This document shows, in pieces, positions 9,117-17,600 of a stretch of 48,039 bases of DNA. Below the pieces are notes generated by a model that saw only the letters and a program-made list of their open reading frames with translations, did no database searches and was not told where the DNA came from. A program made the position numbers and the translations under genes. Every line of letters starts with the position of its first letter. Positions within the stretch are counted from its first letter, which is position 1. Source of the DNA: Trueperaceae bacterium (lineage in GTDB: Bacteria > Deinococcota > Deinococci > Deinococcales > Trueperaceae); the NCBI GenBank assembly GCA_024642575.1, contig JAHEBB010000001.1:1-48039 (forward strand), read 5' to 3'.

Positions 9117-12100
9117 GACGCTGCTTAGTGCTTTTCTTTGTCTTCTTAAATCTTGTTTTCTTTAATTTGGGGCGGGCTCAGGTTGAAATTAAGGGGATCG
9201 TCCCTGGAGATGGTCTTGGCTGGGAAATTAAAGACGTTAAGATGCTCTTGTCTGTTGGTACGGATAGTTTCGTCAAGCTCGAGATTTACTCGCCAGGGTT
9301 TGACCCCGATGATTACCGCGCAGCCTTAAAGGGGCTCGAGGAACTTGGGGATGAAAATTATGATCCTGCCAGTCGCTTAGAAGGCGAGTTTCGCCTAAGC
9401 CAAGGTGAACAAGTGGTTGCTCGAGCCAAGTACGCGGTTGAGCAGCATCAGTGGGTCAGTTTGTTTGAAGGTGAGCTAAAAGCTGGAGCCTATACGCTTA
9501 GTTCCAGATTTTTTGGCAATGCCAAAAATGCCTATATCTACCGTTTAACTAGCCCTAACCAATCGGCAGTGTCCTTAAGCTATGCGGATGGCCTTAAGCT
9601 TTTTGATGTCAGAGGGCGTGACTGGCAAAAAGGGTTTGAAGTTTCCCTACCTGCTGAGGCTTTACCTGCGCGTTACGCGCTTTATGATGGCGATGGCGAA
9701 ACTGAGCTCGAGGCAAAGGTCGTGCTGCCTAATGGCTCAGAAAAACACCTTGAGGTCTCTGGAAAACTTGCTTGGGAGACCTGGGAATTTAACGAACCTG
9801 GCAACTACCAGATTTTCTTTCGCATCCCTAAAACTGCGACCCAGTACTCAAATACCGTAGCTTTTCAGGAAGTTTTTCCTGCCCCTGTAACGGTTGAAGT
9901 TGTTGATACTGCTTTAGAACCTCTAAACATTCCTTATACCCTGACAGGCTATAGCCTGCGGGACGTGGATTTGGGTGAGAAAGGCAAGTACCAACTGCTA
10001 AAGGTTGAAGCTGATGGGGGAGAGGCGCTTTCAGAAACCCATTATCAATTTGGCTATGAAGGTGGGCATATACGCTATATTTTAGGTTTACCTATACCCT
10101 TGCCAAAGCCTTTGATAAGGTACGCAGAACCTGCCAAGCTTACTATTAAGTCTGTACTCCGCTTACCAGCTGCAACCAGACCCTACGCGCTAGGGTTTTC
10201 TCTCAATGGCGAAACAAAACGGCTGAATGAAACAGGGGAAATGACCTTAGAGGTACCCGCGGGCACCTATAGTCTTACAGCTGGACTAAAAGGGGCTCGA
10301 GTTGTTTTACCTGAACCTTTTATACTCAAGGCAGCTGAAGCCAAAACGGTGGTCATAGAGATTTATCCGCAGGTCGCGCTCAGCCTTGAAGCTGAACCAA
10401 GAACCCTCTATCTTGGGGAGTCAAGTAAGGTAAGAGCGGTAGCCAGCACTGATTTTGCTGACCTTTTACCTTCGGATCTATTTCTTGATTTGCCAGAAGG
10501 CTGGCGTAGTAGCAGCGCGCCTAGATTAACCAGCCCTATCTCGGCAACGCGCTCTGCTCTTTTAGAACTTGAGGTTTGGCCAGATGCTACTGGCGTTTAC
10601 CCTGTTGCTGACAGGCTCGAGCCCTGGGGACTAAGCAAAAGCCTCAATGTAACGGTTTTAGAACCTGCAAGACTAAGCCTTAGCAAGACCCTTGATAAAG
10701 CTTCTGCCCAGTTAGGTGACACTGTTACCTTTAACCTTGAAGTGAGCAATTCGGGGCAGGCAGATGCTAAAGACGTTGAACTGCAAGATAGTTTGCCAGC
10801 AGGTTTATCAGGGCAAAACCTGGATACCGTATTTGATTTGCCTGCAGGGGAGAGTCGCAGCTTTCAAGTGCCAGCAACCGTTGTAGCTGGTACGGAAAAA
10901 ACAGTTACCAATACCGCAAAACTGATTTTTAATGAAGAAGTTCAGGAGAGCAGTGCCAGTCTAGAGGTCTTGTTGCCCGAGCCTAAGCTCGAGCGCAGCT
11001 TAAATTACACTGAAGTTTTACCAAGCGAAAAGGTCGTAGTTACCCTGACAGTAAGCAATACAGGTCAAGCCAGGCTAAACTTTCAAGTTACCGATACTCC
11101 CCCTGAATGGCTCGAGCTTTTAGGCTCTAACAGCTTCTCAGGCGAGCTCGAGCCTGGTGAAAGTCAGACTTATAGCTACGAAGCGCAGGTGCGCTTTGGA
11201 CCTGAAGTGAGTGCGCAGTTTGAGGCTAGTCTGGTAAGCAATGGCGGAAGCTTAACGAATACTGCAGCGCTCAAACGAAAACTTATCCCGCTAGAAAAGG
11301 TGGCTAGCGCAGCTGTTTTACTGGAAGGCGAAAGCGTTAGCTTTATTGTTCGGGTGAGCAATCCTTTAACACGCCCCATTACCCTTGATCTTAGAGAATC
11401 GCCAGATGCAGGCTTAAATCTTGAGGCCGATAGTCTGATAAGTCTTGCCTTTACTCCGCTAGAACGCAAGGAGCTTAGTTTTACAGCAAAACCAAGCCAA
11501 ACCGGAGACTTGCTCAACGAGGTATCGGTATTTTTGGGAACTACCCCTGTAAGCTTTCCTGCCCAAGCAAGTGTCCTAGTTAAGCCAGCCCTTTTGCCCG
11601 AGCGCCTGTCAACGATTCGCTTGCCCTTTACCGTTGAAGCAAGTCAAGGAGATTTACTGCTTGTGCGGCATGAAGAGATGCCAGGGAGCCAGTACCAGGA
11701 AGGCTCGAGCCGTCTTAACGGGGAACCTTTAGCTGACCCCAAACGTCTTGTGCTACCAGATGGCGAAACTGAGCATACTTATCTTTTCTGGGAACTGCCC
11801 TTTGCTAAAACGGGTCTTTTGAGCTATACCTTGAGGCATCAGGCAGAACTTGCTGAGATAGCCGAACCCAGCCTGACGCTGCAAGTTGGCGCTCGAGAGC
11901 TTTATTTACAGGGGAAAGCCAGTTTTGCTGACTTAACAAACGCGGTGCAAATTGGTTTAACCGAGCGCGAAGGTTTGATTAGAGAGCCTTTAGCCGGCAC
12001 TATTTACCGCCTGCTTGACCAAGCCAAGGTTGTCCTTGAACTTAAGACGATGGAACGCCCCAGTTTGCTGCTTAACGGTGAAGTTGTATCAGATGACTAT

Positions 12101-14599
12101 TTGGGTAAGCTCGAGCTAGATCAAGAGCAGGGTATTCAGCGTCTTGAGTACTATGGTTTGCCCCTGATTCCTGGTGAAAATAAGCTCGAGCTGAGTGCCG
12201 CAGGACAATATGACACCGTGACGGTTTGGCGCGCGCTTAACCCAACTAAGCTGGCTTTTAAGGTTATAAGTGGCGAAGCCGATGGGGTAAGCCCTGTGCG
12301 TATTGAAGTGCAAGCCCTTGATGATTATGGTTTGAGCAATGGTTTTGGGGCGCTCAGTCTTGAAACGAACCTCGAGCCTTTAGATGAAGATGCCTTTCCC
12401 GATATGTCAGGCTATCAACTGCTGTTAAAAGATGGACGTGCTGTCCTAAATTTACGTCCGGTAAGTTATTCCCAGCCAGTCAAACTTAAGGCTCAGTTTA
12501 ATGATCTTAAGGCCGAATTTGACCATTTTCTGGGTGGTGCAGACGCTACGCTTTATCAGTATCAGGGAGTCATTACAGCCAGTTTTGATAGAGGTGAATT
12601 TGCCCTTGAAGCCGAAGCCAAAGCCTATCTGGAGACACCGTTTTTGCAAGGAAGTCTTCAGGGAGCATTAGACAGCAGTGGAAATCTAGCCAAAGCAGCC
12701 GAAGATCTGGAGCGCTTTCCCTTAACAGGTAGTGGACAAGATGCTCAAGCCGCCTTGCAATCAGATGATCTTATTGCTCTGCGCTATGACGATCCTCAGT
12801 TTAGTGTGGGTTACTACCGAAGCAGTCTTGATTTGCCAGGGCTTAATTTGGGCACAGCAACGGCCTTACAAGCTGAAGCTCGACTCGAGCCTTATGCTGC
12901 GGCTGAGCTAGGTCTTAAAGGCTTCGCTGCTCTTATGCCTGAAAGCGAAAGGGTTGAACTTATCAGCCCTGACGGTACGCGTTTTTATCTTGTTAAAGGA
13001 GCTAAAGACGGAATCAAGCGAGGCTCCGAAACGCTGACGGTGATTACGGGTGCACAGAGGCGTAAACTCATTCCTTTTAAGGATTACACCCTTAATTATG
13101 AAACAGGCGCGCTCATTTTAATTGCGCCTCTTTATGCGACCAATCCTCAGTTCCCAGGGCAAGAAGTGCTTCTTGAGGTTCATTATCAATTGCAAAATGA
13201 ACCACGTACTCAGCTTTCTTATGGCATGGGAGTTAGCTATAACCTCGAGCACTGGCAATTTGGTTTGGCGGCAGCCGAGCAAAAAGGGCTTAAACTGGCT
13301 GCTTATGCTAATTATCAAGATGAAGGTTTAAACTTTAAAACTCAGTACCGCTACGATGATCAAGGTCTTTCGCAGCTTAATCTAGATATTGCCTATACTT
13401 ATGAAACCTTAGTAACGAGTTTAAATCTGAGTTATAACCGACGCTTGCAAGGTCAGGCAAGGCTAGCGCTTGGTATTGCCGAAGGTCAAGCTATTGCGCT
13501 CGAGCATAGCACTAGCCTAAGCCGTAATCAGACCAATGCCCTTTATGAGCTTAATTTTGAACCGCTGAAGTTTGGTTTAGGGCTTGCCTATCTCTGGGAA
13601 GCAAATTCGGTCAATGCTGTTGCGCGAATGGGATACAGTGCAAATCAGTTTGGTATTGACTTGACGCATACTCAGGCGCTGAACGCTTCCGTCCCCTCGC
13701 TTAGTCAGCTGAATTTTTCCTATAAGGTTAGTGAAACCTTAACGGCTGACCTAAATTTTGACTACCTTTGGGGGGCAACCCTGTCAGGCAGTTTGGGTTT
13801 GGTTCAAACCTTAGGTAGCAGTACCTTAGCGCTGACCTATCAGCTTCCAGGTAGTGATGGCAAAGGTAATCGGGCGCGTTTTGGCGTTGAAACCCCTATT
13901 AGCCTCACAGAAGAATTGTCTCTTAACGTGGCCGGGACTTATGAACATGACTTTAGTCAATCATCAGATTTGGCACAGGGAAGTCTTGCTCTTAAATACC
14001 AGACAGAAGGTTTAACTGCCAGTAGTGCAGCCGAACTCAGCATAGATACACAGTCAGATTCTGAACTATTTAAACTTACTTATCGTGGCGGCATAAGTGG
14101 TCAGTTAGATCATCAGCAAAGTTTGTCATTTGACGTTAATTATCAACTTATTCCAGACCTTGAAGGCGATTTTACTCTGTCTTACGCCTTACGAGGTCGC
14201 GACCTAAGTTTACTTAGCTATCACCGTTTGACAACAGGTTCTAGCCCGATACTAGAAGGTGAATTTGCGCCGACCCTGCACCTGGCTAACAATTGGCAAT
14301 TAAGACCAGGTATTTCCTATAAGTTTCCGCTTGATAACCCCATTGGTACTACCTATCTAGCTTCTTTAGGTGGACACTATTACTTAAATAGTCAGTTTGG
14401 CTTAGGCGGAGCCGTTTATCACGAATGGCAGCCTGGAACTTCTTCAAATGCCACCGCGATAAGTTTTGAAGGAAGTATGCGGATGCTTGATGATCTCTGG
14501 ATGGTTGCTGGCTATACGATCAATGGGTTTGATGGTCTCTCAAGTCAGACAAAAAATGGGCTTTACTTGAGGCTCGAGCTGTTTGGAGGTAATCAGTGA
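9113..14599 (+). CDS. Giant envelope protein, 1828 aa: signal peptide, unknown N-domain, DUF11 repeats, Big_1-like Ig domain, C-terminal predicted beta-barrel of about 480 aa (cluster gene D)
   Basis: The ATG overlaps the gene C stop codon (ATGA at 9113-9116). The signal peptide is LVLFFVFLNLVFFNLGRAQ. DUF11 cores include AQLGDTVTFNLEVSNSGQADAKDVELQDSLPAGLS and EKVVVTLTVSNTGQARLNFQVTDTPPEWLE. The Big_1-like segment is GEADGVSPVRIEVQALDDYGLSNGFG. From about residue 1346 there are many amphipathic strands rich in aromatic residues (QLSYGMGVSYNL, LKLAAYANYQD, LNFKTQYRYDD, LNLDIAYTYE, LKFGLGLAYLWE and others), ending in GLYLRLELFGGNQ. Confidence 0.8.
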   Translation: MRRCLVLFFVFLNLVFFNLGRAQVEIKGIVPGDGLGWEIKDVKMLLSVGTDSFVKLEIYSPGFDPDDYRAALKGLEELGDENYDPASRLEGEFRLSQGEQVVARAKYAVEQHQWVSLFEGELKAGAYTLSSRFFGNAKNAYIYRLTSPNQSAVSLSYADGLKLFDVRGRDWQKGFEVSLPAEALPARYALYDGDGETELEAKVVLPNGSEKHLEVSGKLAWETWEFNEPGNYQIFFRIPKTATQYSNTVAFQEVFPAPVTVEVVDTALEPLNIPYTLTGYSLRDVDLGEKGKYQLLKVEADGGEALSETHYQFGYEGGHIRYILGLPIPLPKPLIRYAEPAKLTIKSVLRLPAATRPYALGFSLNGETKRLNETGEMTLEVPAGTYSLTAGLKGARVVLPEPFILKAAEAKTVVIEIYPQVALSLEAEPRTLYLGESSKVRAVASTDFADLLPSDLFLDLPEGWRSSSAPRLTSPISATRSALLELEVWPDATGVYPVADRLEPWGLSKSLNVTVLEPARLSLSKTLDKASAQLGDTVTFNLEVSNSGQADAKDVELQDSLPAGLSGQNLDTVFDLPAGESRSFQVPATVVAGTEKTVTNTAKLIFNEEVQESSASLEVLLPEPKLERSLNYTEVLPSEKVVVTLTVSNTGQARLNFQVTDTPPEWLELLGSNSFSGELEPGESQTYSYEAQVRFGPEVSAQFEASLVSNGGSLTNTAALKRKLIPLEKVASAAVLLEGESVSFIVRVSNPLTRPITLDLRESPDAGLNLEADSLISLAFTPLERKELSFTAKPSQTGDLLNEVSVFLGTTPVSFPAQASVLVKPALLPERLSTIRLPFTVEASQGDLLLVRHEEMPGSQYQEGSSRLNGEPLADPKRLVLPDGETEHTYLFWELPFAKTGLLSYTLRHQAELAEIAEPSLTLQVGARELYLQGKASFADLTNAVQIGLTEREGLIREPLAGTIYRLLDQAKVVLELKTMERPSLLLNGEVVSDDYLGKLELDQEQGIQRLEYYGLPLIPGENKLELSAAGQYDTVTVWRALNPTKLAFKVISGEADGVSPVRIEVQALDDYGLSNGFGALSLETNLEPLDEDAFPDMSGYQLLLKDGRAVLNLRPVSYSQPVKLKAQFNDLKAEFDHFLGGADATLYQYQGVITASFDRGEFALEAEAKAYLETPFLQGSLQGALDSSGNLAKAAEDLERFPLTGSGQDAQAALQSDDLIALRYDDPQFSVGYYRSSLDLPGLNLGTATALQAEARLEPYAAAELGLKGFAALMPESERVELISPDGTRFYLVKGAKDGIKRGSETLTVITGAQRRKLIPFKDYTLNYETGALILIAPLYATNPQFPGQEVLLEVHYQLQNEPRTQLSYGMGVSYNLEHWQFGLAAAEQKGLKLAAYANYQDEGLNFKTQYRYDDQGLSQLNLDIAYTYETLVTSLNLSYNRRLQGQARLALGIAEGQAIALEHSTSLSRNQTNALYELNFEPLKFGLGLAYLWEANSVNAVARMGYSANQFGIDLTHTQALNASVPSLSQLNFSYKVSETLTADLNFDYLWGATLSGSLGLVQTLGSSTLALTYQLPGSDGKGNRARFGVETPISLTEELSLNVAGTYEHDFSQSSDLAQGSLALKYQTEGLTASSAAELSIDTQSDSELFKLTYRGGISGQLDHQQSLSFDVNYQLIPDLEGDFTLSYALRGRDLSLLSYHRLTTGSSPILEGEFAPTLHLANNWQLRPGISYKFPLDNPIGTTYLASLGGHYYLNSQFGLGGAVYHEWQPGTSSNATAISFEGSMRMLDDLWMVAGYTINGFDGLSSQTKNGLYLRLELFGGNQ

Positions 14600-14687
14600 T
14601 GCTGCAGAAGGCTTGGGAATGGAACTATAAATCACTGCTCACTTTGGCTCGAGTCAAATCGCTTTTTGATAAAAGGAATAAAACACA

Positions 14688-17600
14688 ATGAAATGGCTAA
14701 GATGGTTAAATACTAGGATAGTTTTCAGACATTGCTTAGTCCTAAACTTAGAACTAAAGCAGTGCCTTTTCTGTATTAGTTTTATCCTTTTAGTGCTGTT
14801 TGGTCATTCTGCTTCTGCTCAAACGTTAAGCTATACCGGGCAACCTTCCTTTTTCCGTGCTGATCGGGGTTCCACTAACGTGGCTTCATCTGGGTATATT
14901 TCCTACCAATTTACCAGCAGCAGTGCATGCTCGGATGTTTGGATAAGGCTTAATAGCATTAGTGGTTTAGAGGGGAAACTTACACTTGCTACTAATGAAG
15001 ATGGTCTATTTCGTGTTGGCCCTATGACAACTTCAGAGACCAAGGCAGCCTATTTCTACCTTAAAACTACAGGCATATCTACAGTTGCCGCAACTCTATC
15101 AACCAGCGCATTTTGTGGTAGACCCGGTCAAGTGGGTACAACAACTTTGTTAACAACCAGTAACACGATATCATCGATTGCAAGTACTCAAGCTGCTTCA
15201 CCGCAGACCCTTATTTCTACTTTGGTTTGCAGCTCACCTCAAGTAGGGAGTGTCTGTAGTTTAAAAGTGATTAGCGATCAAGGAAATATGGGAGGCAGTG
15301 GGGTTATGGCTTGGGCTCCGGCTTCTGCTGCAGATTGGCCAGCTGACACTTTTGAACTCTTTTCAACAACCATTAATGTCAATATGACAGATATAAATGG
15401 CGATAAGATTTGTGAGACAACTGCAGATTCGTTTACCTTGCTTAATGACTTATACGATGATAATACTCAAGGTACAAAAGATGGGCTTTCAGCTAAGCTT
15501 TATTGTGCAGAATACTTATTTCGTTTGAAAGATAGTTTTGCAAATCCTTCAGCTATAAAAACCAGCTTACTGATGTACGCTAGTAGTGGTGGACCAATTA
15601 AATTTACGGGCAATTTTGATGACCCTTTATTTACTTTAAGCTTACCTCCCTCAAGTAATAATGTGATTTTAAGCAAATCGGTCAGTCCTACTTCAGCTCT
15701 ACTAGGTCCATTGACGGTAACTTATACAGTTAACATTCAAAACAGCTCAGGTTATACCCTTTACCTTGATAGTGTTAAGGATATTTTGCCCTCATCACCG
15801 GCTGTAGTAGTCTATGTATCGGGGTCAAGTAGCTTTGCGGGAAGCAGTATTCCTGACCCTAGCCAATCAGGTCAAACGCTTACCTGGAATCGACTTTTTA
15901 CTGTACCTAATGGTGGGACTACGCTCCGATATCAAGCCAGTATCCTTAATACCTTTGGAACCTATACAAACAGTGTTACGGCGTTAATTGGCAGTACTCA
16001 AATTGATACTACGGTAAATACAGGGGACAACCAACCAGCAACCGCTAGTTTTAAACTTGGTTCAGGTACGATCACCTTACGTAAAACGGCTCTAGGTGGT
16101 AACGGTAGCTTTGATTTCAGTAGTTCAGATAGTAATTTAGATAGTGTCAGCTTAGCTGTGACAAATGGAAATACCGTTAGTAGCTCAGGCTTTACTAAGA
16201 CTGAAGGATCTTATACTGTTTCAGAAGATAGCTTAAGTGGCTGGAATTTAGAAAGTATTAGTTGTACTGGAGACACAGATAATGGCTCGAGCGTTAATCT
16301 TGGTTTGCGTAGTGTAACGATTGATCTTGATATAAACGAAAATATTGTGTGTACTTTTACTAATGTTAAAAATGGTTCGATACAAATTATAAAAAATACC
16401 ATACCTGATGATGCCCAAGACTTTGATTTTGTAACTACAGGCACAGGTTTATCTAGCTTTAGTTTAGATGATGATGCAGATTCGAGTAAGAGTAATAGTA
16501 TAACGTTCTCGAATTTGGCTCCTGGAAATTACAATATTAGCGAAAGTATCAATACAATCTGGGCGCTTACAGGTTTAAGTTGTACAGGGGCCAGCAGTAG
16601 TACCATCGCCTACTTAGGTGCTTCAGCAGGTACAAATGTTTTTGAGATGGGTGATAATAGCGTCGCGATTAATTTAGGGGCGAGTGAAAATATTATATGC
16701 ACCTTTGTTAGTCAGCCTGCAGATTTTGGAGATGCGCCAGCCAGTTATGGCAATGCCAGACATATTATTCCGACAACCCCTGGTATTTATCTGGGTGGAG
16801 TTGCTCCAGATAGTGAAGCCCGAAGCCAAAATACTGTTAATGGTGGTATAGATGGTAGTGGGGATGATACTTCTGGTACAGATGATGAAGACGGCATTGT
16901 CATTAGTAAGCTACTTACCAGCTCGAGCACAAACTTTAGCATTCCCGCCTCAGACATCACCCTGACCAATACCAGTGGCAGTTCAGCAACACTGCATGCC
17001 TGGATTGACTTTAACAAAAACGGTTCTTTTGAGGCTTCAGAGTACGCTTCTGCGACAGTGAGTAGTGGTATCACAAATGGTCATCCAGCCACAGGACTTA
17101 GCTGGACAGGGCTATCAGGCTTAAGCAATGGTACGACCTATGCGCGATTCAGACTGACCACCACAAGTTTGAGTGATAGTGGCGGGACCACTTTTGATGA
17201 TAGGGCTGTGGGTGAAGCTGCGAATGGTGAAGTTGAAGATTATAGTCTGAGTATTGTTTCAGGGATTTCTGGGACGGTTTTTAAAGATGAAAATAGTAAT
17301 GACACTTTAGAGGGTAGCGATGTTGGCGTAGCTGCTATTAGTGTCAAGTTTTACCGAGATAGTAACAGTAATAGTCTTTTTGACCCTGCAACAGATACGC
17401 TCATTGATACCGATGTAACTGTGAGTGGCGGGCTCTTTTCACTTGGAGCTAGTACCACTGGTACTTATTTTGTGGTGCTTCAGCACTTAGACCCAAATAT
17501 GCCCTCAGGCTATTTACCTGACCGAACTGTAAGACTTGTTAGCTTTTCAGGCTCGAGCGTTGCAGGTGAAAATTTCCCTTTAGACCCAGTTACGACCAGC

